Shown here: piece by piece, positions 1 through 10,980 of the stretch
Position numbering within the stretch: the first letter of the stretch is position 1
Layout: every line of letters begins with the position of its first letter
DNA from: an uncultured Clostridia bacterium
Lineage (GTDB): Bacteria; Bacillota; Clostridia; TANB77; CAG-508
Reading direction: 5' to 3'
Assembly: GCA_963558405.1 (NCBI GenBank)
Contig: CAUWGC010000013.1
Span: 1 to 56,120, forward strand
Length of the DNA stretch: 56,120 nucleotides
Made by a program: the position numbers and the translations under genes
The notes under the pieces: generated by a model
What the model saw: the letters and a program-made list of their open reading frames with translations, nothing else
Told to the model about the DNA's origin: nothing
The model's database searches: none

Positions 1-367
1 TAATATATCCAACCCAACCATTTTCTTTTGGATGAAATTGTTTATTTGTATTATAAGCTGGTATTGTTTCAAATTTAATCCCTTCCAGCGTATATTGTTT
101 ATTTGGTTCTACTGTAACGATGTCATTTTTATTATAGCCTTTTACTAATAGTTTTGTTAATAGTTCTTCAGGTGCTATAATAATCGTTCCCTCTTTTTTT
201 ACTTTATCTATATCATCTTCAGAATAGTGATCGTAATGGTCATGTGTTATAAATATCATATCTGCATCATTATAATTATTATCTATCTTGAAAGGATCTA
301 CATAAATTATTTTTTCTTTATCTATTCTAATACTGCTATGACATAATACTTCTATATTTTTTAACAT
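1..367 (-). CDS. MBL-fold metallo-hydrolase (runs off the window edge)
   Basis: Manual translation from ATG at 367 (RBS GGAGGAG): MLKNIEVLCHSSIRIDKEKIIYVDPF...IFITHDHYDHYS, containing the THxHxDH metallo-beta-lactamase motif. Not in the ORF track. Confidence 0.85.
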   Translation of the reverse strand, partial: MLKNIEVLCHSSIRIDKEKIIYVDPFKIDNNYNDADMIFITHDHYDHYSEDDIDKVKKEGTIIIAPEELLTKLLVKGYNKNDIVTVEPNKQYTLEGIKFETIPAYNTNKQFHPKENGWVGYI

Positions 368-609
368 AAATCACTCCTCCTAGTTTTTATTTCAAAAGCA
401 TTATATCACTAATTTATTAATTTGTAAAAATTATTTTTATTTCGATGTTCAAATATATTTTTCTGCAATATTTCCTATTAATTTTTCAAAAATTTTAAAT
501 TTAATTAAAAATTACAATACTTGAAAATAGGGCTCTTCCCCCTACTCTACCTTTTTTTGCATCAAAAACGAAAAAAGACTAGACAGTTAAATCTAATCTC
601 TTTTTAATA

Positions 610-1407
610 TTATCTTTCTTCTTCAACTGTGATATCTTCATTTATTGGAGTTCGTACGGAAATAACCTTTCTCGGTGCAAAACCATGTTGATTATGAACT
701 TCACTATTAAAATTTTCAATTCTGTATTGATCCATTTTCGAGTTTTTCTCTTCGTGATATTCTCTTTGTAAAAAGCCGTACTTTTTCTGCAAAATATCAT
801 AATTCTGAGAACCACCTTTAGTAAACGATAGGATTTTTTTTATAAATCTTATTATTTTATTGTTCTTAACAAGTGATTTGCTTTCTTGAAATTCTATATA
901 ATCTTGAGTTGGAGTTGAAAAAGTTGCTCCCTCAACCATACCATCTTCAATCATTTGTTGTATTTCATCTCTACTTGTTAAGTTAAATCTTTTGACACTT
1001 TCATAAAATGCGCTTACTCTTGGTGAAAGTTCAATTTCCTTTTTGAACTCTTTAATTCCCTTTTGCATTTTATAAAACATTTCGCAACAATTATAGTTAT
1101 GTGCACTAAATACTATGCCTCTTAATTCATTATCTTCACATATTGGATTTCTACCTCTTGCACTAGTAGAAATCGCAATATTTTGCATTTTTTGTAATTG
1201 TCCTAATATACTTTTAATATATGGTATAGATTTATCATTTACAATTATTCCTATGTATGGAAAATCATTTCCATTCTCATGCCCTCCGCATGATGCAAAT
1301 GTAGTTATTTCATTCTCCCAACATGTACATAATAATTCATACAAATATTTATTTCCTTCTGACCATTCTAAAAAATTTTTTTTATCTTCTTCTGTTAATA
1401 TTTTCAT
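610..1407 (-). CDS. Hypothetical protein (265 aa)
   Basis: Long ORF with a TFASCGGH motif and a downstream hairpin (~570-605). No family recognised. Confidence 0.7.
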   Translation of the reverse strand: MKILTEEDKKNFLEWSEGNKYLYELLCTCWENEITTFASCGGHENGNDFPYIGIIVNDKSIPYIKSILGQLQKMQNIAISTSARGRNPICEDNELRGIVFSAHNYNCCEMFYKMQKGIKEFKKEIELSPRVSAFYESVKRFNLTSRDEIQQMIEDGMVEGATFSTPTQDYIEFQESKSLVKNNKIIRFIKKILSFTKGGSQNYDILQKKYGFLQREYHEEKNSKMDQYRIENFNSEVHNQHGFAPRKVISVRTPINEDITVEEER

Positions 1408-1505
1408 TATATATCTTCTTTCTCTACAAATTTTAAGTTATTATTGTTGCAAACTATCTTTTTATATTCACCATATAACAATAGTTTTTTCTTTTTTACT
1501 TTCAT
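1407..1505 (-). CDS. Putative 32-aa peptide coupled to the downstream gene
   Basis: GAGAGG RBS; MKVKKKKLLLYGEYKKIVCNNNNLKFVEKEDI; its TAA overlaps the next ATG (TAATG). Confidence 0.3.
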   Translation of the reverse strand: MKVKKKKLLLYGEYKKIVCNNNNLKFVEKEDI

Positions 1506-1637
1506 CTTATAGTTATTCCTCTCTTTTATATTATAATATCATAAATATAAAAATTACTCTATATTTTTTAAATAATCTTGGTGTTTAATTAACAGGTATT
1601 TCATTTTCTTATTTATTGACTTTAATATAAATAATAT

Positions 1638-2699
1638 TTAATTTTCAGATAATAATTTTATCAATCTTACATTTTTGTATAGTCTTTCTCTTCCGATTTT
1701 TTCGGATTCTAAAAGCCCTATTTCTTCTAACTGATTTAAATAGGAGGATGCAGTAAGTCTAGTAACATTACATGTTTTCTCTATATATGATATTTTTGTA
1801 TAAACCTCATAAAATAAACTTTCTAATAATTCTTTTGAGTATATTTTTGGAAGTTTATTTCTGAATTCTTCTTTATAATTCTCCATCTCATTTTGAATCT
1901 TTTTAATTAATGATATTGTTTCTTTAGATGTAATTTCAACTCCTTTTAAAATATATAAAATCCAATCTTCAAAATTATTTTTGTTTCTTACCTCATTAAA
2001 TAATTTATAATATTCTTGTTTAGTCTTATTAATATATTTACTCAAATACAAAATTGGACTATCAATTAAATGGTTTAACACAAGATATAAAATATTTAGA
2101 ATTCTTCCAGTTCTTCCATTTCCGTCATAAAATGGATGAATACTTTCAAATTGATAATGTATTAAACAAACTTTAATCAATGGATCTATATTATCTTCAT
2201 TATTGTTTATAAAATTTTCTAAATTCTTTAAATAATTTCTTATTTCTTGTTCATTTTGAGGTGGAGTATATATTGTTTCTCCAGTAATTGAATTTTTTAA
2301 TTCTGTACCAGGAAGTTTTCTAATTCCAGCATTATTATGCTCTATAGTGCCTTGAATTTTAATAATTGTATTTGTATTAATATAATTATCTTTTTTTATT
2401 TGCTCATAACCTTTCCAAATTGCGTTTCTATAATCTACAACTTCTTTTGCATTTTCTTCTTTGTAGCCACTTTCTGTTAACACTTTATAAATATCATCAT
2501 GTGTTGTAACGATATTTTCAATAGCACTACTATCTTTTGCTTCATTTATAGTTACAGCATTTATTAAAATATGCATATTAGGAATTGTATTTGCATAACC
2601 TTTTAATTCTGCTAATGCTCTTGATGACAAAGTTAATTGCTCTAATATCTTATTTGTTTTTAAATTAATATTTTTATATGGTAACATTTCTAATTTCAT
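1638..2699 (-). CDS. Fic family AMPylase with N-terminal inhibitory motif and C-terminal HTH
   Basis: Canonical Fic motif HPFYDGNGRTGR and (S/T)xxxE(G/N) inhibitory motif SSAIEN. Start at 2699 chosen from the GGAGGT RBS. Confidence 0.9.
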   Translation of the reverse strand: MKLEMLPYKNINLKTNKILEQLTLSSRALAELKGYANTIPNMHILINAVTINEAKDSSAIENIVTTHDDIYKVLTESGYKEENAKEVVDYRNAIWKGYEQIKKDNYINTNTIIKIQGTIEHNNAGIRKLPGTELKNSITGETIYTPPQNEQEIRNYLKNLENFINNNEDNIDPLIKVCLIHYQFESIHPFYDGNGRTGRILNILYLVLNHLIDSPILYLSKYINKTKQEYYKLFNEVRNKNNFEDWILYILKGVEITSKETISLIKKIQNEMENYKEEFRNKLPKIYSKELLESLFYEVYTKISYIEKTCNVTRLTASSYLNQLEEIGLLESEKIGRERLYKNVRLIKLLSEN

Positions 2700-3169
2700 A
2701 CTTTTTACCTCCATATATATAAAATAGCATATTTTTTATATATTTTCAATAAATATGTATAAAAAATTTTAAAAATTATACATGTTCAAATGACATGTAT
2801 AATTTTTTTATATTATAAAAAATTCATTTATTTTAAAAAACAACTATTATAAAATTTTTGTGCAATGTTCGTTTTTTAAAATTGTTGTTCTTATTTTTTT
2901 GTATTTTTTTACAAGACTTATAGTAATTCTGATATTCTAAAAAGGTGTTTAAGTTCCGAGCTAATTTTTATAATAATTTTATTGACTTATAAGATAAGTT
3001 ATGCCATTCTTTACACAAAAAGAAAAAGGGAGATTTATTTATGAAGAAATCTGTAGTAGTAATTTTGGTTTGTGATAATATTTATTATTATATTGGGTAT
3101 TTTATGCTTTAAAATCTTCATACTTCTTTTCATAATATATCTTTCTCCTATAAATTATACTATTTTTAG

Positions 3170-3778
3170 TTATCTTTTGTTAATTACTTTTTTTATTTGC
3201 TCTAATGAAATAGGACCTACTCTCAATATTTTTATTTCTTTTGAAGTACAATCTACAATTGTGCTTGCTTTTGAGAAAAAAACATTCCCCTCCATCATTC
3301 CATCTAAAAGTGGACATGATTTTTCTATTTCATCTAAATTATTGCATTCAATTTCTCCACTTTTATTAGCACTTGTCATAAATATTGGACTTTCAGCTTT
3401 TATAATTAATTCTTCTATTTCTTTTGATGTTGCCATTCTAATGGCGATTGAATTCTTTCCGTTTATTACATAACTAGGTAAGTTATCCTTTTTATTTAAA
3501 ACTAATGTAATAGGTCCTGGCATAAATGCTTTAATTAATTTTTCTTCTTCTTCATCTACAATGGCTATATTTTTTATCTGTTCTACATTTGCACACATAA
3601 CAGGAAATGATTTATCTATAGATCGATTTTTTATCTTCATTAATTTATCATATGCGATTTTTGAATTTATTTTAGCACATATGCCAAAAACAGTATCTGT
3701 AGGGACACTAATAACACCATTATTTTTTAGTATATTTGCTAATTCATCAGTTTCATTTTTTTTATATCTCTTTATCAT
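3170..3778 (-). CDS. tsaC: L-threonylcarbamoyladenylate synthase (YrdC/Sua5 domain)
   Basis: PTDTVFG, KNR, PGPITLVL, TSANKSG and STIVD motifs. Confidence 0.9.
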   Translation of the reverse strand: MIKRYKKNETDELANILKNNGVISVPTDTVFGICAKINSKIAYDKLMKIKNRSIDKSFPVMCANVEQIKNIAIVDEEEEKLIKAFMPGPITLVLNKKDNLPSYVINGKNSIAIRMATSKEIEELIIKAESPIFMTSANKSGEIECNNLDEIEKSCPLLDGMMEGNVFFSKASTIVDCTSKEIKILRVGPISLEQIKKVINKR

Positions 3779-3795
3779 TTAAGAAATCCTCTTTT

Positions 3796-4161
3796 CTATA
3801 GTTTTTTTATCTTTGCTCCAAAAGGTGCTAGAGATAATTTTGCAATTTTAAAGAACTGTAAACCAAATGGGATTCCAACAATAGTTATACACCAAATACA
3901 ACCAAAAAACAAATTTTCTATTGCCATCGGAATTCCAAAGAAAATAATCCATATTATATTTGCAAGTAGTGATGGAACTCCTCCACCATATTCAATTTCT
4001 TTTCCAAATGGTGCAAATGACATTGATGCAAATTTAAAACATTGTCTACCATAAGGTATTCCAACAATTGTAATGCACCAAATTATCCCAGATATTACCC
4101 AAGAAAGACCACTAAAAAATCCTCCAAAAATAAACCATAAAATATTACCTAAAACGCTCAT
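3796..4161 (-). CDS. YccF-domain inner membrane protein
   Basis: Two repeats of NILW...CITIVGIP(Y/F)G..FK.A..S.APFG. Confidence 0.9.
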   Translation of the reverse strand: MSVLGNILWFIFGGFFSGLSWVISGIIWCITIVGIPYGRQCFKFASMSFAPFGKEIEYGGGVPSLLANIIWIIFFGIPMAIENLFFGCIWCITIVGIPFGLQFFKIAKLSLAPFGAKIKKL

Positions 4162-4179
4162 AATTTCATCTCCTCATAT

Positions 4180-6636
4180 TTACTCAACATCGTGTCTTGC
4201 TAGTATCTTTGCTGGTGTTTTTCTTAATACCTTAAATAGTGGTAACAATCCTACAATTATGTTAAATAAGTATACTATTATTATACTAATTCCAACAGTT
4301 TGAAAGTTTACTACAAACATTCTATCTACATAGGGAACTTTAGATATTTGACTTAATATATATGTCATTAAAATTATTCCTGGCATACTTGCTACCGTTG
4401 TTATTGCAATTATCTCTCCAATAAACATTCTATATACATCTTTTTTCTTAACCCCTATTGCTCTTAATATTCCTATTTCTTTTATTCTTGATAAGAATGA
4501 AGATCTTATCATTAGATATATTTCAATTAAAGATATTGCTAATATAACACCTGCAAATATAACTGCACTTTTTATCTCATCTTTTTTGTTTTCTATATAG
4601 TCCTGTTTATCTTTTTCATATCTGTCTATAATATTTAATCCATATTGATTTTTAAATTCATTAATAACACTATATTTATCTTTAGGGTATATCATAAAAC
4701 CATTATTTTTAGATATTACATCATATTTAACTGTATTATTGTTTACTAAATAATCTTGTCTATTAGTTTTACTGTCATAATATCCCACAACAGTTAATTG
4801 TTTTCCATTAACTTCTGTTTTTATAGTTTTATTTAATTTCATTTCATCTTGATTTGATTTGTTTACTATAGTTTCATAATCATTTTCTGGTAATCTTCCT
4901 TTTGTAATTTTTATATCATCTAAATACAGATTATAATCTTTTACATTTATCTCTGTGTTTTTGTCTTGATTTGTATTAAAGTATATTCCCATTCCTGAAT
5001 CACTTGTTTGGGTATGATTTAATATATTTATAAACATATTTTTATTTACATATATTGTTGGTGTATTTGTGTTAGAAAATCCTACAATAGTAAATTCTTT
5101 CATACCATCAATAGTTACAATTTTATTAAGAAGTTCATCTTCAGTTTTTATTCCCATACCTGCAAATGTTGAATAACTACTGTTAAGCATATTGTCTATT
5201 ATTTTTTTGTCTACTACTATTTCATATTCATTTTGTGGCATTCTACCTTTTATTAGTGCTTCTGTATTTAATTTTTCTATATCTGCAAGCATTCCAGAAA
5301 GTTCATATGAAAAGTTTGACAACTGATAATATGTATCCATTTTTATTTTAAAACTTACATTTCCATTTCCGGGTATCATATAATCTATTGTATCTAAATT
5401 CTCATATTTAATATAGTCATCTACATTTACTTTTGCCATATCAACTTGAAGGTAGTTTTTATCCATTTTTATATAATCTGATTCTTTTATATTTGTTGCA
5501 CCAGCAATATTACTTACACTATACACAATAAACATTGCAGAAGCAAAAAAACCTAATAATAAAATTTTCTTTAATACTGTATAATTTAAAATTCTATTAA
5601 ATCCATTTTTTATTGATTTAAAAATTCCATGTATTGATTTATATCTCACTTTATATTTTTTATCTATAACTTCATTTAAATCATATTTATACTTTTCGTA
5701 TATACTTTTATCAATTTTTTTATAATGATCATTTATTAGTTCTATTGCAGAATTTTCATCAACTACTTCTACCTTTTTATTTTCTGCTTGTATAAATACA
5801 TTACCATTTTTTATTACTAATTTTATATCTATTTCTTCGTTTTCATTGTCTGCATATATGTCTATGTTAAGTTTTTCATTGTTAATATTTTTTGTATTCT
5901 TAAAGTCTTTTAAATATATCTTGTTGTCCATTCTATATTCTAGTGATTCTTTTGATTCGTTTTCATAGTCTTTTACTATCTTTCCATCTTCAACTTCTAC
6001 TATTCTTGTTGCATAAAAATTAGCTAAATCTACTTCATGTGTTACTAATATAACTAACTTTTCTTTTGAAATAGCTTTTATTATATTCATTATTTCTAAC
6101 GAATTTTTGCTATCTAAATTTCCGGTAGGTTCGTCTGCAATTACAATACTTGGATTTTTAACAATTGCTCTAGCTATTGCTACTCTTTGTTTTTCTCCTC
6201 CTGATAGCATTCCAGCGGGTCTATTTCTATATCTATACATATTTACAGCTTCTAGTACATAATTAACTCTTTTTTCTATTTCTTTTTTATTTTTTAATCC
6301 AATCATTCTTAACGAAATAGCAACATTATCAAATACAGACATATTTTCTATAAGTTTATAATCTTGAAATATATATCCAATATTTAAGTTTCTTATCTTG
6401 TCAACCGTACCTGCTAATCTTTTTGTTATCTTTTTCCCATTTATGTATATTTTACCTTTATTAACTTTGTCAAGTCCACCTATAGCATTTAAAAGCGTAG
6501 TTTTTCCACTTCCAGATTGTCCCAAAATTGCAACTAATCCTTTATCTCCAAGTTCTAGAGATGTGTTATTTATAATATGAATTTGGTTCTTTCTTCTTCT
6601 ATTAAAATATTTATTTACTTTTTCTAATTTTATCAT
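4180..6636 (-). CDS. ABC transporter ATP-binding/FtsX-permease fusion (MacB-like)
   Basis: Walker A GQSGSGKT, LSGGEKQ signature, DEPTGNLD; C-terminal FtsX motif RIKEIGILRAIG. Confidence 0.9.
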   Translation of the reverse strand: MIKLEKVNKYFNRRRKNQIHIINNTSLELGDKGLVAILGQSGSGKTTLLNAIGGLDKVNKGKIYINGKKITKRLAGTVDKIRNLNIGYIFQDYKLIENMSVFDNVAISLRMIGLKNKKEIEKRVNYVLEAVNMYRYRNRPAGMLSGGEKQRVAIARAIVKNPSIVIADEPTGNLDSKNSLEIMNIIKAISKEKLVILVTHEVDLANFYATRIVEVEDGKIVKDYENESKESLEYRMDNKIYLKDFKNTKNINNEKLNIDIYADNENEEIDIKLVIKNGNVFIQAENKKVEVVDENSAIELINDHYKKIDKSIYEKYKYDLNEVIDKKYKVRYKSIHGIFKSIKNGFNRILNYTVLKKILLLGFFASAMFIVYSVSNIAGATNIKESDYIKMDKNYLQVDMAKVNVDDYIKYENLDTIDYMIPGNGNVSFKIKMDTYYQLSNFSYELSGMLADIEKLNTEALIKGRMPQNEYEIVVDKKIIDNMLNSSYSTFAGMGIKTEDELLNKIVTIDGMKEFTIVGFSNTNTPTIYVNKNMFINILNHTQTSDSGMGIYFNTNQDKNTEINVKDYNLYLDDIKITKGRLPENDYETIVNKSNQDEMKLNKTIKTEVNGKQLTVVGYYDSKTNRQDYLVNNNTVKYDVISKNNGFMIYPKDKYSVINEFKNQYGLNIIDRYEKDKQDYIENKKDEIKSAVIFAGVILAISLIEIYLMIRSSFLSRIKEIGILRAIGVKKKDVYRMFIGEIIAITTVASMPGIILMTYILSQISKVPYVDRMFVVNFQTVGISIIIVYLFNIIVGLLPLFKVLRKTPAKILARHDVE

Positions 6637-6640
6637 ATTA

Positions 6641-8851
6641 CTACACCTCTTCCCTATATGTATTCATTGCTGTATTTTTAAATAATTTTCTTGAAAATCT
6701 AATTGATATTAATCTTGACATAACAACTAAGATTACATACATTAAAACATATTCTTTTAAACTTAAATATTCAACCAAATTTGATATATACTCTAAATGA
6801 ATAATATTTGTCTTTATCATGTAGATAAATCCTAATAGCACCACATAAGATATTGTAGAGTTTACAAATAACTCTATATCTAATATTCTTCTTACATTTT
6901 TATATGTAGCTCCCAAAATTCTTAAAGTAGAATAATATATATTTCTTGATTTCAATATTATTTTTATAATTAAATACGAAATGAAAAATAAAACTATAAT
7001 TAGTATAATTGTCACAACTACTTTAATTATTCTTATTATTGTTTGATATATTTCGTCTTGTTTTATTTCAAAATCAGTTACCTTTTTTGGATTTAATCCC
7101 AATCCTTCAAGTTCTGTAATTGTTTGGTCTATTTTTTCTATATCTTTTACATATACACTAGATTGATATGATGGTTTATTGTATAAAGAATTATAATCAT
7201 CTCTATTTATAAAAATTTTGTATCTGTTATTGTCATAGTTATCTAATCCAGTTACTCTTTTAAAGTTATATTTTGTATAAGTATTTGATATTGTTAAATT
7301 TAATGTATCTTTATAATAAATATTTTCAACCTCTATACTAACCGGCTGATTTTTAATCCTGTAATTTTTAAATTGATATTTAAATTCATCATCTACTACC
7401 GCTTTACCTTGTGGTACATTATCACTTGGTACTACTGCATATTGTTCATATTTATTATTTAGTAATACTTTCATGTTACTATAATTTTTATGTACGTCAC
7501 TTCTTAATTCATTTAATTTTTCTTTTGAAAGATAAAAATTTGCATTATAGTCTTGTTTACTATCAAAAACTTTTATACCAACAACAGTTACATTGTTTAA
7601 ATTTTGTTCTCCTAAATTTATTACATCTGAGTTCATTATTGAAAAATTTTTATTTAAAATATCATTTATTCTTTCTTTTATATAATAATGTTCACTATTA
7701 GCTTTTATAATTATCTCATTTTCGTTTTCAGGCATTCTACCATAGTCTAGATCTTCATTAAAAGTATCTATATTTTTAACATTTCCGTAAAGACTAATAT
7801 TATTATCTCTAACTATTGATATACCGCTATCAACAAATACATCATCAACTTCTACATAATCTACATTTTGTAATGCTTTTATTTTGGTATATTCTTCTTC
7901 TGTAAAAGGTGTTTTATCTTTTTTATTTATTAAAATTCTGTTTTCTGACAAATCTCTAAAAGCCATACTAAATCCATATCCATTTGTTTCTTCCTCTGAC
8001 ATTTGAAAACTAGCATATTCTGCAAGAATAGCAGAACTTATAAAGAAAAATACTGCAAATAGTAACAAAAATTTAGATGCTATGTTAAATGTGTTTCTAA
8101 AACCTAGTCTATATTTGTTAAATATACTTATATTGTTATATTCGCTTTCTTGAACTTGAGGTTCTTCTTTTATTTTCTTTATTTCTGTATTTTGTATTAT
8201 TCTTCCATCGTGCATTTTTATAATTCTTGTAGCATATTCTTCTACTTGTTCAATATTATGTGTTACAACTATAACTAACTTATCTTTTGCAACTTTTTTT
8301 AATATTTCAACAACTTCTTTAGCAGAGTTAGAATCTAAGTTTCCTGTTGGCTCATCTGCAACAATTATAGGAGTATCTTTTACCATTGCCCTTGCTATTG
8401 CTACTCTTTGCTTTTGTCCTCCTGATAATTTAGACACTTTGGTATTTTTAAATTTTGTAAGACCAACTTGTTCTATAATATCTAATATTTTCTTTTTTAC
8501 TTTATGTTTTTTATAACCATTTAACAATAATACTAATTCTACATTTTGATATACAGTGTAACTATTAATTAAATTAAAACTTTGAAAAATATTTGCTATA
8601 TATTTTCTTCTATAATCTTCAAAATCTTTTTCAGAGTAATGGCTTGTCTCTTTGCCATTTATATACATTTCACCTTCTTCATAACTGTCTAACCCCGAAA
8701 TAATATTTAAAAGTGTACTTTTTCCGCTTCCCGACTCACCCGTTATAGCAACAAATTCACCTATTTTTAATTCCAAATTTACCTTACTAAACCCTGATGC
8801 AATGATTCCTTTGTTATAGTAAAATTTTGATACATTTTCTAATTTTAACAT
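6641..8851 (-). CDS. ABC transporter ATP-binding/FtsX-permease fusion (MacB-like)
   Basis: GESGSGKS, LSGGQKQ, DEPTGNLD; C-terminal TM helices with LRILGAT. Confidence 0.9.
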   Translation of the reverse strand: MLKLENVSKFYYNKGIIASGFSKVNLELKIGEFVAITGESGSGKSTLLNIISGLDSYEEGEMYINGKETSHYSEKDFEDYRRKYIANIFQSFNLINSYTVYQNVELVLLLNGYKKHKVKKKILDIIEQVGLTKFKNTKVSKLSGGQKQRVAIARAMVKDTPIIVADEPTGNLDSNSAKEVVEILKKVAKDKLVIVVTHNIEQVEEYATRIIKMHDGRIIQNTEIKKIKEEPQVQESEYNNISIFNKYRLGFRNTFNIASKFLLLFAVFFFISSAILAEYASFQMSEEETNGYGFSMAFRDLSENRILINKKDKTPFTEEEYTKIKALQNVDYVEVDDVFVDSGISIVRDNNISLYGNVKNIDTFNEDLDYGRMPENENEIIIKANSEHYYIKERINDILNKNFSIMNSDVINLGEQNLNNVTVVGIKVFDSKQDYNANFYLSKEKLNELRSDVHKNYSNMKVLLNNKYEQYAVVPSDNVPQGKAVVDDEFKYQFKNYRIKNQPVSIEVENIYYKDTLNLTISNTYTKYNFKRVTGLDNYDNNRYKIFINRDDYNSLYNKPSYQSSVYVKDIEKIDQTITELEGLGLNPKKVTDFEIKQDEIYQTIIRIIKVVVTIILIIVLFFISYLIIKIILKSRNIYYSTLRILGATYKNVRRILDIELFVNSTISYVVLLGFIYMIKTNIIHLEYISNLVEYLSLKEYVLMYVILVVMSRLISIRFSRKLFKNTAMNTYREEV

Positions 8852-8984
8852 TAGAAGTACTCCCCCTTTTTATTTTATACTTTTAATTGCATCATTTATA
8901 TTTGAAAAGATTATATCATATAATCTAATTATTTTTTCTTAATTTTTTCTTATTATTTATTTTCTATTTTAAATTAAGGTATAT

Positions 8985-9380
8985 TTATAGTATTTCTATA
9001 ATATCACTTATTGGTATTTTTGTTTTGTCTTCTAATATTAAAATATGATTATTTTCATCTATATTTTTTAAATTACTAATAACAGTTATATATTCACCAC
9101 CAGATTTTTTTATATCTGGCAAAAAATAAGTTATTGTTACTGTAGGTATGTTTGAAATGTTATTTTTTAATTCTAATAATTTATTATTCAATTTTAATTT
9201 TTCCGCTTCATCAAGTTCAATTCTATCTTCAGTTAATCTAGTAGTCTCTTTTATTGCATCTCCATATCCTGTTAAAGCTGCAAAAGGTGCAAATTGTGCC
9301 GCTCTTTGTTCCATACTTAACTGAGGATGTTTTTTTGATACATGATGTGGCATATTTATAATATCATCATATTTTCCCAT
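8985..9380 (-). CDS. YolD-like protein (partner of Y-family polymerase)
   Basis: YDDIINMPHH...RAAQFAPFAALTGY motif, directly downstream of the UmuC-like gene. Confidence 0.85.
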   Translation of the reverse strand: MGKYDDIINMPHHVSKKHPQLSMEQRAAQFAPFAALTGYGDAIKETTRLTEDRIELDEAEKLKLNNKLLELKNNISNIPTVTITYFLPDIKKSGGEYITVISNLKNIDENNHILILEDKTKIPISDIIEIL

Positions 9381-9392
9381 ATAAATCTTCCT

Positions 9393-10895
9393 TTATTCTT
9401 TATGACCACCAATTTGAGAATTTCTTTCTATTGTTGTTCCATCCTTTTCAAGATTCATTCCTTTTAAAATAGCATTTTTTCCAAATTTCTTTTTTATATT
9501 TATTATTGCATGTTGTAAATCATTTTCCTTTTTTCTATCATTTAATTCTCTCAATTTTTCCGCTTCTTGCTGTTTATAATCTACAAATAAGCTCATTTGT
9601 TCATTAGTGATTTTTTTATCTATTTCTGATTCATTTACTACATTATTAGCAACTACATTTACTCTTCTTACTAATAAATCTTTATTAATAATTCTATCAT
9701 ACAATTCTTCAATAGCGTCCATTATAATTTTAGTAGATGATGTTTTCTGCTTTAAATTTATAGTTCCGTGAGCATGTTTTGGAATCTTTCTACCATACTT
9801 GTCTATTACTATTTCTCCATCATAATTATTTTTTATTTCTTGATTAATAAGGTTTTCTATGTCATATCCTACTGTTAAAACCAATTGATCTGTTATTAAA
9901 TGCTTTTCTACTAAATCTAGAACTAAAAGATCTGTCATTTCTTTTACTATAAGTTTTGTTTGATTGTAATTATATGGACAGTGTAAAACTTGTCCTGAAC
10001 TTATGCTATTAGTTGCTGGCTTAAATGATTTTATATCTTTAATTGTGCAAGGTTCATAACCCCAACTATGGTCAATTAAAAACTCTGCATTTATTCCCAA
10101 TAACTTATATAATAATTCTTCATTTGTTATAGAGCATTTTGCCACATCTCCCATTGTAAATATATTATATTTTTCTAACCTTTTGGCATATCCTTTTCCG
10201 ACTCTCCAAAAGTCTGTAATAGGTTTATGATCCCATAATAATTTCCTATAGCTCATTTCATCAAGGCTTGCTATTCTTACACCATTATTATCTGCTTTAA
10301 CATGTTTAGCACCAATATCCATAGCAATTTTAGCTAAATACATATTTGTACCTATTCCTCCTGTTGCAGTTATACCTGTTGTTTTATAAACATCTTGTAT
10401 CATATCTGTAACAAATTGTTTTGGTGTCTTGTTTGAAGTTTTAAGATAATTAGTTATATCACAAAAAACCTCATCTATTGAATATGCATAAATATCATCT
10501 GGTGAAATATATTTTAAATATATGTTATATATCATTGTGCTATATTTCATATACAGTGACATTCTAGGTGGGGTTACAATATAATCAAGTTCTAAATTTG
10601 GATTTTGTTTTAACTGAGTACTATCAAAAGATTTTCCTACAAATTGATGATTTGGTATTTTGTATCTTCTATTAAAATTTACTTCTTTTACTTTTTGTAC
10701 AACCTCAAATAATCTTGCTCGTCCTGGTATGCCATATGCTTTTAATGAAGGAGTTACTGCAAGGCATATTGTTTTTTCTGTTCTTGATTTATCTGCTACT
10801 ACTAAATTAGTTTGTAATGGATTAAGATTTCTTTCTATACATTCTACTGATGCATAAAAACTTTTTAAATCTATACAACAATATATACCCATCAT
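9393..10895 (-). CDS. Y-family (UmuC/ImpB/UvrX-like) translesion DNA polymerase
   Basis: IDLKSFYASVEC and YSIDE catalytic motifs; C-terminal IGGH. Confidence 0.9.
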   Translation of the reverse strand: MMGIYCCIDLKSFYASVECIERNLNPLQTNLVVADKSRTEKTICLAVTPSLKAYGIPGRARLFEVVQKVKEVNFNRRYKIPNHQFVGKSFDSTQLKQNPNLELDYIVTPPRMSLYMKYSTMIYNIYLKYISPDDIYAYSIDEVFCDITNYLKTSNKTPKQFVTDMIQDVYKTTGITATGGIGTNMYLAKIAMDIGAKHVKADNNGVRIASLDEMSYRKLLWDHKPITDFWRVGKGYAKRLEKYNIFTMGDVAKCSITNEELLYKLLGINAEFLIDHSWGYEPCTIKDIKSFKPATNSISSGQVLHCPYNYNQTKLIVKEMTDLLVLDLVEKHLITDQLVLTVGYDIENLINQEIKNNYDGEIVIDKYGRKIPKHAHGTINLKQKTSSTKIIMDAIEELYDRIINKDLLVRRVNVVANNVVNESEIDKKITNEQMSLFVDYKQQEAEKLRELNDRKKENDLQHAIINIKKKFGKNAILKGMNLEKDGTTIERNSQIGGHKE

Positions 10896-10938
10896 AATAC
10901 ACCTCCATTTTTATTATATCCCTTTTAATATATTTTGT

Positions 10939-10950
10939 AAACAATTGTTT
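10939..10950. promoter_or_regulatory. Putative LexA box variant AAAC-AATT-GTTT
   Basis: Palindromic match to GAAC-N4-GTTC in the promoter of the Y-family polymerase. Confidence 0.45.
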
Positions 10951-10980
10951 GTAAAATAAAATGTAATATTTATAATAGTA

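Noticed and set aside
9393-10895. 'DNA methylase' label often given to this family
   Set aside because: The motifs are those of a Y-family polymerase; no SAM-binding or catalytic MTase motif is present.
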